A stretch of DNA of 61,575 bases. Origin: Myxococcota bacterium. Lineage in GTDB: Bacteria; Myxococcota; XYA12-FULL-58-9; JABJBS01. The notes under the pieces are model-generated. The model did not search any database. It was not told the DNA's origin and worked only from the letters and a program-made list of their open reading frames with translations. The first letter of the stretch is position 1. Each line of letters begins with the position of its first letter. The stretch lies in NCBI GenBank assembly GCA_036339465.1, contig JAYZAY010000044.1, positions 1 through 61,575 on the forward strand, read 5' to 3'. Made by a program: the position numbers and the translations under genes. Shown here piece by piece: positions 19,325-29,168 of this stretch.

Positions 19325-21384
19325 TGTTTAGAGTCATTCTTAACATCGCAATCAGAAATCTCATCGCCCACCGCCGAAGTTCTGTCATCGTGGGGTCGAT
19401 TATCGCCTTTGGAGCATATCTCGTCGTACTTGGCACCGGCATTGTCGATACTGTGGATCGCGGACTCTCAAAAACGATTACAAAGAGCATTGGAGGCGAC
19501 CTCCAACTCTATTCGGCCAACGCAAAAGATAAGCTGGCTATCTACGGACAAGGGATGATGTCTCAGAGTGAAATCGGAAAAATCGACAATTTTGGCACCG
19601 TCCGAAAAAAAGTGGAAGCGCTCGATTATATCGAGGCCGCTGTACCCATGGGCGTAACCATTGCCAACTCCTTTGCAGGAGGTAACTACATCGACCAAGC
19701 CATTACCTTTCTTCGAAAGTCACTAAAAACGGGCGACAAGATCTCTCAAAAAGAAGCCTTAACACGCATACAAAAAATCGCCATGGACATGCAAAAAGAG
19801 ATAGAAAATCAAATGGCGTTGGTCACTGAAACCGAGGAACTGAAGAAAAAACTCGTGGTACTCAATCAAGTCACCTCAGAGAACTTCCAGGATAAACTCG
19901 AGGCCCTTCCCACCGAAACCCTCATGTTTCTCGAAACGAAGCTGGCCCCACTGGAACAACCCTCGAGGATCCTCTATTTACGGACCTTTGGTACAGACCT
20001 TAATCGCTTCCCAGATTATTTTTCCACATTTGAGATCACCCGAGGAGAAATGGTTCCTGAGAATCACCGCGGATACTTAATCTCCGAAGTGGTCTATGAA
20101 AAATACTTGAAACATAAAGTAGCAAGAGAACTCGACGTCATTCAATCCGAACGCAATACCTACAATCGTCTGATCGCAACAGACGCGGCTCAAGGATCAA
20201 GAACACGACTCTTACCCAATCAATATAAGCGAATTTCATACGAACTGACTTCGGCGGGAGCACAAGTCATCAAAGATTTTCTACAGATCTATCTAAAACA
20301 AACTCAAAACTCTCTCGATGCGTTACTCAAGGAGTTCCTCACAATCGATGACGATAACTTCGATGAGCGCTATAACATTTTTTATGAACATATCGCTCCG
20401 CACATCGAACTTTACTCATTTAATATTGGCGATACCATGACCCTGCGAAGCCTCACCAAAGCTGGTTACTTCAAAGCCATCAAGGTCAAGCTCTACGGGA
20501 TCTTTAAATTCAAAGGTTTGGAAGATTCGGATTTAGCCGGCGCTTTCTGTCTCACGGATCTCGTAAGCTTCCGGGAACTCTATGGAGTCATGAGTCAAAG
20601 TCTCAAAAACGAATTATCGGACCTCAAAGCACTACTTCAAGACGTTGATGTCGATGACGAAAATCTAGAAGACGCATTATTTGGCGGCGACACCACACTC
20701 GAGCAATCCGCTACGGGATTTTCTGATGCCACCGAGCCATTGAAAATCGAGCGTGAAAATCTGCCCCCAACATATGAGAAGACAGATATCGACCAAGGGC
20801 TATCACCTCATATCGCCATTATCCTCAAAGACAATGTCGACCCATCAGAAAGTGAAATCGCATTAAAGGAATTTATCGCCACATCCAAACTCGAACTTCA
20901 GACCAGCACTTGGCAGGAATCTACGGGCTTAATCGGCAGCTTTGTCATCGTGCTCCGAATCGTTCTCTACGTGGCGATTTTCATCATCTTTTTGGTGGCA
21001 TTGGTCATCATCAATAATTCAATGGTGATGAATACCTTCGAGAGGGTCCCCGAAATCGGAACCATGCGAGCCATTGGCGCACAGAGAATTCACATCTTGG
21101 CCCTCTTTTTATTGGAAACCTGTATTTTAGGGATCTTCAGTGGAGTGGCTGGCATGCTTTTGGGCATAGGAAGTATCGAAATCCTAGGAGAAGTGGGCAT
21201 CCAAGCTCCCACGCGAGAAATGACCTTCATGTTTTCTGGCCCTCGACTTTATCCACAACTCGAGTATTCCAGTTTGATTGTCGGTTTCGTCATCGTCGTT
21301 GGTGCCAGTATTATTTCGACTGTCTACCCCGCCACGGTGGCCGCTCGGATCGAGCCCGTCATTGCCATGCAACCGAAGGAGTAA
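19321..21384 (+). CDS. MacB/FtsX-type ABC permease with large extracytoplasmic domain
   Basis: IAIRNL..HRR start, one N-terminal TM, ERVPEIGTMRAIG, C-terminal TMs, PA..AARIEPV. Confidence 0.88.
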   Translation: MMFRVILNIAIRNLIAHRRSSVIVGSIIAFGAYLVVLGTGIVDTVDRGLSKTITKSIGGDLQLYSANAKDKLAIYGQGMMSQSEIGKIDNFGTVRKKVEALDYIEAAVPMGVTIANSFAGGNYIDQAITFLRKSLKTGDKISQKEALTRIQKIAMDMQKEIENQMALVTETEELKKKLVVLNQVTSENFQDKLEALPTETLMFLETKLAPLEQPSRILYLRTFGTDLNRFPDYFSTFEITRGEMVPENHRGYLISEVVYEKYLKHKVARELDVIQSERNTYNRLIATDAAQGSRTRLLPNQYKRISYELTSAGAQVIKDFLQIYLKQTQNSLDALLKEFLTIDDDNFDERYNIFYEHIAPHIELYSFNIGDTMTLRSLTKAGYFKAIKVKLYGIFKFKGLEDSDLAGAFCLTDLVSFRELYGVMSQSLKNELSDLKALLQDVDVDDENLEDALFGGDTTLEQSATGFSDATEPLKIERENLPPTYEKTDIDQGLSPHIAIILKDNVDPSESEIALKEFIATSKLELQTSTWQESTGLIGSFVIVLRIVLYVAIFIIFLVALVIINNSMVMNTFERVPEIGTMRAIGAQRIHILALFLLETCILGIFSGVAGMLLGIGSIEILGEVGIQAPTREMTFMFSGPRLYPQLEYSSLIVGFVIVVGASIISTVYPATVAARIEPVIAMQPKE

Positions 21385-21387
21385 ATA

Positions 21388-22728
21388 TTGATCTTCTTTA
21401 AGTTGGCCCTTCGGAATCTCATTCAAGCACGCCGCAAAACCCTATTGATCGGCAGCGCCCTAGCCACAGTCTCACTCCTATTGGTTATCCTACTTGGACT
21501 CACCCAGGGCATGTCCGAAAACATGCTCCGTTCGGCCACCACCCTTGTAACAGGGCATGTAAACATCGCTGGATTTCATAAAACGAGACCACAAGACTCA
21601 GCACCCATGATTACCGACAGTCCCAAATTGCGTAAAACCCTCGAAGACATCGTGAGAGACCGGGCCACCATCGTCGACCGAGGTCGTGGGTGGGGCAAGA
21701 TCATCAGTGAAACATCAAGCTTCCAAGCCGTCCTTACGGCTATCGATATCGAATCCGAATCCAACCTTAAAAAGCGTGTCCCCCTGGCTCCCCAAAACAT
21801 ATATAAAGAAAACGGTACAGACAAAATCCTTGGTGACATGAGTCGATTGTCCAACCCCAACACGGTGTTGCTCTTTGCAAGTCAAGCAAAACGACTCGGC
21901 GTAGATGTTGGAGACATCGTGACCATCACCATGGAAACGGTAAGAGGACAGAGAAATACGGTCGATGCAGAAATCGTGGCAATCGCCCGAGAAATGGGCG
22001 CATTCTCAAGCTGGAATATTTTCATACCGAAAACGTTGTATCGAAACCTCTACAAATTAACAGACACTTCCACAGGCGCATTCTATTTGTATCTTGACGA
22101 TATTCATGAAGCCGCCAATGTTAGGGCAGAACTTCAAACGAAGCTTGAAGAAGCGGGTTATCGTGTGATGGAATATTCGCCCAAACCATTCTTTCGGAAA
22201 TTCGAAATTGTCGGAGGTGAAGATTGGACTGGTCAGAAACTCGACCTCACCATTTGGGAGGACGAGATCACCTATATGGCTTGGGCCAACAAGGCCTTAG
22301 ATGGCTTGTCATTCACATTGATTGGCATTTTGCTCATTATCATTATTGTGGGGATTATTAATACAACCTTCATGGCGGTTCGGGAGCGCATCCGCGAAAT
22401 TGGCACTGTCCGAGCCATGGGTATGCAGCGTCATCAAGTCCTTACTCTCTTCCTCATCGAATCCATGGTCATGGGAAGCGTCTCTTCTCTGGCAGGTAGC
22501 CTGCTCGCAAGTTTACTCGCATTGGTGGTCAACAGCGCTCACATCCCACTACCGTCAGAAGCGCTCCAGGCTGTGCTTATGAACGACACGCTATTTATCT
22601 CGGTACATCCCACCCAAATCCTACAAACCGTTGTCTTATTTACCCTACTGACAACCGTCGGTGCTATCTGGCCTTCCTTCAGAGCCGCAACCCTAGAACC
22701 GGTGCGGGCCCTACAGCATACACGTTAA
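21388..22728 (+). CDS. MacB/FtsX (LolC/E-like) ABC permease
   Basis: LALRNL, ERIREIGTVRAMG, PSFRAATLEPVRAL. Confidence 0.9.
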   Translation: MIFFKLALRNLIQARRKTLLIGSALATVSLLLVILLGLTQGMSENMLRSATTLVTGHVNIAGFHKTRPQDSAPMITDSPKLRKTLEDIVRDRATIVDRGRGWGKIISETSSFQAVLTAIDIESESNLKKRVPLAPQNIYKENGTDKILGDMSRLSNPNTVLLFASQAKRLGVDVGDIVTITMETVRGQRNTVDAEIVAIAREMGAFSSWNIFIPKTLYRNLYKLTDTSTGAFYLYLDDIHEAANVRAELQTKLEEAGYRVMEYSPKPFFRKFEIVGGEDWTGQKLDLTIWEDEITYMAWANKALDGLSFTLIGILLIIIIVGIINTTFMAVRERIREIGTVRAMGMQRHQVLTLFLIESMVMGSVSSLAGSLLASLLALVVNSAHIPLPSEALQAVLMNDTLFISVHPTQILQTVVLFTLLTTVGAIWPSFRAATLEPVRALQHTR

Positions 22729-22746
22729 ATATCTGGGAGCATAAGC

Positions 22747-23505
22747 ATGAGCATGTATGGAATCAGCACGGTACTCTATTTCCTAAGCATCGGACTATCC
22801 CAAGGAGAAATGATTTCCCTTCTAGAGCTCATCGACAACCGCCAGAAAAACAGTGGGGACTACCGCGCCGTCGCCATTATTGAACAAAAAGAAAGAAACA
22901 AAACAGACCTCCTCTACGAATCGGTGATTTATCGCCGAGACGAGGAAGACAAGCTTATTATCCTATTTTCCAAGCCCAAAACAGAAGCAGGAAAAGGCTA
23001 TCTGAGAATTGACCGGAACTTGTTTATGTACGACCCCACCGTCGGAAAATGGGAACGACGTACAGAACGCGAACGCATCGGCGGAACAAACTCCCAACGA
23101 TCGGATTTTGATGAATCACGGTTGGCTCTTGAATACACCCCAGAATTCAAGGGCAACGAGAAATTGGGAAAATACGAAGTGCATCGCATCAAACTCAGAG
23201 CCAAACCCAAAGTCGACGTGGCCTATCCAGTGCTAGAAATGTGGGTCGATAAAAAAACGAAAAATGTACTCAAGCGACAAGAACGCGCCCTCTCTGGCCG
23301 GCTGATGCGAACCTCTTATTACCCCCGCTGGAACAAACTTTACAGTGAAAGCAAGAAAGCGGAGATCTACTTTCCCAAAGAAATTCGTATTATTGATGCG
23401 CTTGAAAAAGGAAAGCGCACCACCATCCTGATGCGCAAAGTGGACCTAAAGCCATTGGACAAAAATATCTTCACAAAAGCATGGCTCGAAAGCCAAAGCC
23501 GTTAG
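22747..23505 (+). CDS. LolA-like outer-membrane lipoprotein-sorting family protein
   Basis: F..P..EAGKGYL, IGGT..DF, ALSGRLMRT, IFTKAWLE pattern typical of the family; operon context. Confidence 0.75.
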   Translation: MSMYGISTVLYFLSIGLSQGEMISLLELIDNRQKNSGDYRAVAIIEQKERNKTDLLYESVIYRRDEEDKLIILFSKPKTEAGKGYLRIDRNLFMYDPTVGKWERRTERERIGGTNSQRSDFDESRLALEYTPEFKGNEKLGKYEVHRIKLRAKPKVDVAYPVLEMWVDKKTKNVLKRQERALSGRLMRTSYYPRWNKLYSESKKAEIYFPKEIRIIDALEKGKRTTILMRKVDLKPLDKNIFTKAWLESQSR

Positions 23506-23574
23506 TTTTTTATAAAATCCGAAAACCAAGCCAGCCCTCTGGCAATGCATTCATCTTTGGAGACAGAATAAAAC

Positions 23575-25020
23575 ATGAAATCATCGTTCTTCTCGATTCA
23601 AATACTCTTTCTCGGTGTCCTTTTTTCTCAACCTACTCTCGCCACCGATAAAACCGAATCCTCTAAGCCCATGGCCACGCTCAAACTACGAACGCAGAGC
23701 ACTGACCCTTCATCCCCTCAACCCATAGAAGAGGCCAATACTTTCGAAGAAAATTTATTTGGTGGTGGCCAAGAAGAATCCACCGACATCGATCAAAGAC
23801 TTGAAGATGCCCTAGCCGAAAAAGAAAACACCACCACCATTGGGGGTTATCTCTACCTTCAGAGCCATTTAAAAGGAAATGAGGCCAGCACGCTCCGCAA
23901 CATTCCCTTCCAATTCCCTGCCCTACTCGACCTCTACACCGACGCAAGACCCAGCCCGACTGTCAGAGCCTATGCCCGAGCACGATTGCGGCATCAATTT
24001 AGTAAGCCAGCCCTCGTTTTTTTAGGGGTCAACCCAAGTCAGCAGTCAGCCCAGACCAAGATAGTCCTCGACCAACTCTGGCTCAAATTCTCATGGCAGG
24101 ACACCCTCTATTTCACCATGGGACAACAAGCCATCCGTTGGGGAACCGGACGTTTTTGGAATCCTACGGATTTTCTCCAGAATCAAATCAGAGATCCGCT
24201 AGCGGTATTCGATGACCGAACGGGAATTCCCTTATTGAAAATCCATTTCCCAATCGAAAGTTTGGGTTGGAACTTATACAGCATCCTAAACTTTGCCGAT
24301 ATAGAAGCCCCAAAAGACCTCGGGGCAGCCCTAAGAGCAGAACTGCTTCTCGGAACCACAGAAATCGCCATCAGTGCCTCATTCAAGCATGCCGGACCCA
24401 CCCAATATGGCTTTCAATTTTCCGCCGGGCTCTTTGATTTTGACCTCTATGGAGAATTTGCCTACCAAACAAACCTCAACCGAAACCTCTACAAAGGAAA
24501 TTTCAACCTTACCAAACTCGAGTTCCCAACCACGGTCTCCAAAAGCGGCGAATGGGAAATCCAAGCCCTCGCTGGCCTTGAGTACGCACTCAAACTCAAC
24601 GACAAAGACACCCTTACTTTTGGGGTGGAATATTTCTACAATCAATGGGGCTACAACGATCCCGCACTCTACCCATGGCTCCTCATTCACTCGGCCTTTC
24701 GACCACTCTACCTTGGGGAGCATTACCTAGCCGCAACCGCGGTACTACCCCAACCAGGCGCTCTAACGAATACAACCTTTATCCTCTCAAGCCTCCTCAA
24801 TTTGAGCGACCAAAGTGGATTGGCACGCCTAGATATCCGCACAAATATCGATACATTCATTCAGCTAAGCTTCTACACGACCTCGTATTTCGGGAAATTG
24901 GGCGAGTTTAATTTCTCCATCTCTACTCCCCCCATACCCCAAATACCTGTGCTCACCGCTGGCCTCGACATTCCCTCCCCAATTTTTGATGCCGGTGTCG
25001 GCCTTTCTCTCAATCTCTAA
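23575..25020 (+). CDS. Probable outer-membrane beta-barrel protein
   Basis: Signal peptide; GQQAIRWGTGRFWNPTD motif; alternating amphipathic beta strands. Confidence 0.7.
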   Translation: MKSSFFSIQILFLGVLFSQPTLATDKTESSKPMATLKLRTQSTDPSSPQPIEEANTFEENLFGGGQEESTDIDQRLEDALAEKENTTTIGGYLYLQSHLKGNEASTLRNIPFQFPALLDLYTDARPSPTVRAYARARLRHQFSKPALVFLGVNPSQQSAQTKIVLDQLWLKFSWQDTLYFTMGQQAIRWGTGRFWNPTDFLQNQIRDPLAVFDDRTGIPLLKIHFPIESLGWNLYSILNFADIEAPKDLGAALRAELLLGTTEIAISASFKHAGPTQYGFQFSAGLFDFDLYGEFAYQTNLNRNLYKGNFNLTKLEFPTTVSKSGEWEIQALAGLEYALKLNDKDTLTFGVEYFYNQWGYNDPALYPWLLIHSAFRPLYLGEHYLAATAVLPQPGALTNTTFILSSLLNLSDQSGLARLDIRTNIDTFIQLSFYTTSYFGKLGEFNFSISTPPIPQIPVLTAGLDIPSPIFDAGVGLSLNL

Positions 25021-25210
25021 TCCCTCTACCCACATTGCCTTGTTCGACCTCGCTCAACACCTCACAACCCCCAGTTGAGTGTGGGCCTCCCGGCACTTCA
25101 CCCCCCGTAAGCCTCAAGCCCCAAATCACTTCCCCTCGTCTAAAGTATACTTTGATGCAAAAACAGTGTCTTTAAATTGACCTAAAGCTTTGAACCTGAT
25201 TGGAAAAATC

Positions 25211-25236
25211 TTATTCATTCAGCTTATTCATTCAGC
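25211..25236. repeat. 13-bp direct repeat TTATTCATTCAGC x2
   Basis: Read directly; abuts the AGGAG upstream of aguB. Confidence 0.8.
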
Positions 25237-25249
25237 AGGAGTTATTGCC

Positions 25250-26116
25250 ATCACCAATCCAACCATCGGGCTTGTCCAAATGGAGGCCCAAGAGAGTTTG
25301 CAAGACAATCTAGACACCGCTCGCCAAGGGATTGTGGCTGCAATCAAAGACGGCGCCAAGCTCGTGTGCCTCCAAGAACTGGTCAGTACAAGATACTTTT
25401 GTCAGGAAGAAAATTACACGCATTTCGAAAAAGCCGAACCCATAGACGGGCAGACAGTCTGTTTTTTTGGCCGCATTGCAAAAGAAGAGAAAATAACCAT
25501 TGTGGTTCCTTTCTTCGAGCGCCGCGCCTCAGGTGTCTACCACAATTCTGCTGCGGTCATGGGACCCGATGGCTCACTCTTGGGTCTCTACCGAAAAATG
25601 CATATCCCCGATGACCCCGGATTCATGGAGAAGTTTTATTTTGCTCCTGGAGACCTCGGTTTTAAAACCATCTCCACCCCCGTAGGACGGATCGCAGTGT
25701 TGATTTGTTGGGACCAATGGTTTCCAGAAGCAGCCCGGTTAGCCACCCTATCGGGCGCCGAAATGATTTTCTATCCAACGGCCATCGGTTGGTCTCTCGA
25801 AGAACCCGAACGCCGAAAAAAATATCTAGAGGCTTGGAAAACTGTCATGCGTGGCCATGCAGTGGCCAATGGTTGCACTATTGCTGCCGTCAATCGGGTC
25901 GGCCAGGAAGGCGAACTCAACTTTTGGGGAAATTCATTCATCGCCGGTCCCTTGGGGGAATGGATTGCACAAGCGAACCAAGATCCTTGCCACCTCACAG
26001 CCACCCTAGACCTCAAGGCTCAGGAAATCGTTCGTAGAGAATGGCCCTTCCTCAGAGACCGGCGCATCGACGCCTATGCCCCTCTTCAGAAGAGATTTAT
26101 CGATGAAACAGATTGA
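25250..26116 (+). CDS. aguB: N-carbamoylputrescine amidase (carbon-nitrogen hydrolase)
   Basis: Catalytic triad in LQEL, YRKMHIP, ICWDQWFPE; WPFLRDRR; paired with agmatine deiminase; start ambiguous (TTG 25190 or ATC 25250). Confidence 0.9.
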   Translation: MTNPTIGLVQMEAQESLQDNLDTARQGIVAAIKDGAKLVCLQELVSTRYFCQEENYTHFEKAEPIDGQTVCFFGRIAKEEKITIVVPFFERRASGVYHNSAAVMGPDGSLLGLYRKMHIPDDPGFMEKFYFAPGDLGFKTISTPVGRIAVLICWDQWFPEAARLATLSGAEMIFYPTAIGWSLEEPERRKKYLEAWKTVMRGHAVANGCTIAAVNRVGQEGELNFWGNSFIAGPLGEWIAQANQDPCHLTATLDLKAQEIVRREWPFLRDRRIDAYAPLQKRFIDETD

Positions 26117-27245
26117 AACTCCACCCGGAAAATCCGGCTTTCGAATGCCTGCAGAATGGGAACCCCATGAAGCGACCTGGCTCGCATGGCCGTCATCCCC
26201 CGAAACATTTCCTAATGAACTCCGCTCGGCCAAAAACACCCTGGCTAGGTGTGCTGCCGCCCTCACGCAGCCCCATGGAGCGACCCATGCCTGGGAGCGA
26301 GTTCGACTTCTCCTGCGCCAGGAAGCAGAAGAAGAGGCTCGAGAATTGATTCGCTTTTGGGATGGTCGTCTAGATCGCGTTGACTTGATTCATATTCCCA
26401 CCAATGACGTGTGGATCAGAGATTACGGGCCCATCTTCTTGGTAAAAGAAAACTCAGAAATCCCAAAAATCGTCTTAGACAATGAATTCGATTCTTGGGG
26501 CGGCAAGGGCACCGAATATTACGGCGACATGGACGGTTTGGACAATCAGGTTCCAAGCCATGCTGCTGAATTTCTTGATCTGCCCCTATATCAGACCCGC
26601 CAACTCATCGAGGGCGGCGCATTCGACACCAATGGGCAAGGCTTGGTATTAACAACCACAAATTGTCTTATTGAACGTGACAAGAATGCCCCAACAAAAG
26701 AGGAATTCGAAAATTATTTCCGTGAAAATCTGGGCATTGAGAAAACCATATGGTTAGACGGCATCGACTTCCCTGGAGATGACACCGAAGGGCATGTTGA
26801 CAACGTCGCGCGTTTTGTTGCCCCAAATAAAATAGCTCTCGTACAAGCCAATCAAAAGCAACCAAAATGTCAGGAAAGGCTACGAAAAATAGCCCGCCAG
26901 CTTCGACAACAAACCACCCTCACCGGTGAAACAATCGAGGTTGTCGAGTTGCCACTCCCACAACCCGTCAGACATTTCACAACGCGCGATGGGCAACTCG
27001 ACAACCATGACTACCCTGCGAGCTATGCAAATTTTTACATAGGAAATGGTGTCGTTCTGGTACCAACTTACGGTGTAGCGGAAGATATAGAAGCGCTCAC
27101 AACGCTTCAGGCCCTCTTCCCAAATCGCGACATTTTAAATATCGACTGCAGTATCTACATCCTCGGACAAGGGGCTATCCACTGCTCAACCCAGCAAGAG
27201 CCTAAGGTTAGAGAAGGCGCCCAAGAAATTGTTCCCACTGCTTAG
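26103..27245 (+). CDS. aguA: Agmatine deiminase
   Basis: RMPAEWEPH, DVWIRDYGP, EGG, DDTEGHVD, ASYANF, GAIHCSTQQ. Confidence 0.93.
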   Translation: MKQIETPPGKSGFRMPAEWEPHEATWLAWPSSPETFPNELRSAKNTLARCAAALTQPHGATHAWERVRLLLRQEAEEEARELIRFWDGRLDRVDLIHIPTNDVWIRDYGPIFLVKENSEIPKIVLDNEFDSWGGKGTEYYGDMDGLDNQVPSHAAEFLDLPLYQTRQLIEGGAFDTNGQGLVLTTTNCLIERDKNAPTKEEFENYFRENLGIEKTIWLDGIDFPGDDTEGHVDNVARFVAPNKIALVQANQKQPKCQERLRKIARQLRQQTTLTGETIEVVELPLPQPVRHFTTRDGQLDNHDYPASYANFYIGNGVVLVPTYGVAEDIEALTTLQALFPNRDILNIDCSIYILGQGAIHCSTQQEPKVREGAQEIVPTA

Positions 27246-28332
27246 CCCGACGACTCCAAACATAGTTGGCATTGGCATATTGGACCATCTCCCAAGTTCG
27301 CTGCACCGACTTTGAATTCCCACCTAAGAGGTGCTCAATATACGTGTCCACTCGCTCAACAAACGCATCTTCGTATTCTTTGGTTCGAAGCCCAGCATCG
27401 ATCAACGACCCAAACCCTGCGGTAGTCTCAGGCAAAGCCCCCAATACGCTCGTTACAGGCCACGCCCCACTGGCCATTGCTTCCATGGCCACAATGCATG
27501 CTGTTTCCGGCACAGTGTTAGGATAGGCCAGCACCCATGAGCGACGCATACACGTCGCCAATTCGGGTTGTGGTACGCTCCCAATATAGTCAACTCCATC
27601 GGTCCTCTGACATAGCTCATAGAGCCCCTTAAATGGGTCATCCGCTTCTGCCAATTGGTAAACCTTCAAACTAGAATAGACCTCTAGTCTCGCCGAAGTA
27701 TGATTGGCTTTTAGCCGGGGAAACCATCGCAATAATTCCGAAAGTCCACGCTCTGGTGTGCTGGCGTAAAGCATGGTGGGGTAAGAGGTTTTGACTGCAA
27801 CCATTTCTTCGGCTGAAGAAAAAAGATTCTCAAACTTCGGAGAAATAGCCATTCCCAAATTGACCGCTTTTGCTTTATCCAATCCAAAACGTTCGCAGAC
27901 GGTCTTCAACTGCCAAGTCCCCACAAAAGCAAAAGCGTCCCAAGCTTCCCGACACAGTGGATCCTCGAGGGGTTTATAGTGAGCTTGATAGTATCCATGA
28001 CCAGACCAAAGAACCGTGGGAACCGTAGCCGGCAGAATCGTTTTCAACTGCACCGCCACTTCCGCGCCTGCAACCACAACCACCACATCAGGAGAAAACT
28101 CCTGAAAGAGAGCAATTAACCGTTCACCCTCGTGCATCATGGGAATACACATAACCCCCCGAGCCACGGTGGGTTGATCCACATGATTCATCAACGCCAC
28201 CTTATGTCCTAGTTTCCCAAGGGATTCAGTAAGATAGCACACACCGGATTGGTGGCCTCCGAAGGGGCGTTCATAGACCGTATCGGGCGTATAATTCCAA
28301 TAGATGGTATCCACAAAAAGAATGTTCACCAA
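27208..28332 (-). CDS. Glycosyltransferase, GT-B fold (GT4-like)
   Basis: GG loop near the N-terminus, YASTPERGL, ETACIVAMEAMASG (EX7E), GALPET. Confidence 0.85.
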   Translation of the reverse strand: MVNILFVDTIYWNYTPDTVYERPFGGHQSGVCYLTESLGKLGHKVALMNHVDQPTVARGVMCIPMMHEGERLIALFQEFSPDVVVVVAGAEVAVQLKTILPATVPTVLWSGHGYYQAHYKPLEDPLCREAWDAFAFVGTWQLKTVCERFGLDKAKAVNLGMAISPKFENLFSSAEEMVAVKTSYPTMLYASTPERGLSELLRWFPRLKANHTSARLEVYSSLKVYQLAEADDPFKGLYELCQRTDGVDYIGSVPQPELATCMRRSWVLAYPNTVPETACIVAMEAMASGAWPVTSVLGALPETTAGFGSLIDAGLRTKEYEDAFVERVDTYIEHLLGGNSKSVQRTWEMVQYANANYVWSRRAKQWEQFLGRLL

Positions 28333-28373
28333 GCTCTTTTATCAGAGGCTAGAGCACGAACCAATTCTAAAAG

Positions 28374-29138
28374 TCATCGGACAAAAATCCAGTCTTGCTC
28401 GTTGGAAAGATCTGGACGAAAAGTGTACCCGCCCTCATTAAAGCCGCGGATGCCTTCGGGCTCTTCTATCCGATTCTTAACCATAAAACGGGCCATCAGT
28501 CCCCGGGCGCGCTTGGCAAAAATCCCCACGACTTTGAGCTTTTCCCCTTTCGTTTCCTTAAAAACAGGCGTTACAATATCAGCTTTTAACGCCTTGTCTT
28601 GCACCGACTTAAAATACTCGTTGGAGGCACAATTCACGATCACCTTATGCTTATGGCCCTTCAATTGCTGATTGATTTGCTTTGATATTCGGTCATCCCA
28701 AAACGAATACAAATCTTTGCCCCGACTGTTTTTAAATCGGGTTCCCATTTCCAAACGATACGCCTGTATGAGGTCTAGGGGCTTCAACAATCCATAGAGC
28801 CCCGATAATATCCCCACACTTTTATCGGCATACTTGATTTCAGCGTCACTGAGGGTTTTGGCATCAAACCCAACATAAGTATCCCCACTAAAGGCCCAAA
28901 TTGCTGGCTTCGAATTTTCCTGAGTAAAAGGCGTCGAGAAATGCCGAAAACGCGCCACATTAAGGGCCGCCAATTTAGAAGAAATCCCCATGAGTTTCTC
29001 GAGATCCGACGCTAAAAGTTGCCGGGCCTCGCCGACCAAGGCCTCAGTATCCTCCATCAGCGCAGGTGTGGAAAATTTGAGATTCATCGGATATTCGGAA
29101 AAATCTAATTTCTTCGCGGGTGAAAGCAAAGCCAACAT
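28374..29138 (-). CDS. yaaA: Peroxide-stress protein YaaA (UPF0246)
   Basis: LSPAKKLD, LSGLYGLL.P.D.IQAYRLEMG, ASNEY, AKRARG. Confidence 0.95.
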   Translation of the reverse strand: MLALLSPAKKLDFSEYPMNLKFSTPALMEDTEALVGEARQLLASDLEKLMGISSKLAALNVARFRHFSTPFTQENSKPAIWAFSGDTYVGFDAKTLSDAEIKYADKSVGILSGLYGLLKPLDLIQAYRLEMGTRFKNSRGKDLYSFWDDRISKQINQQLKGHKHKVIVNCASNEYFKSVQDKALKADIVTPVFKETKGEKLKVVGIFAKRARGLMARFMVKNRIEEPEGIRGFNEGGYTFRPDLSNEQDWIFVR

Positions 29139-29168
29139 CTACACAACCTCCTAATTATGGAAGTTCAC

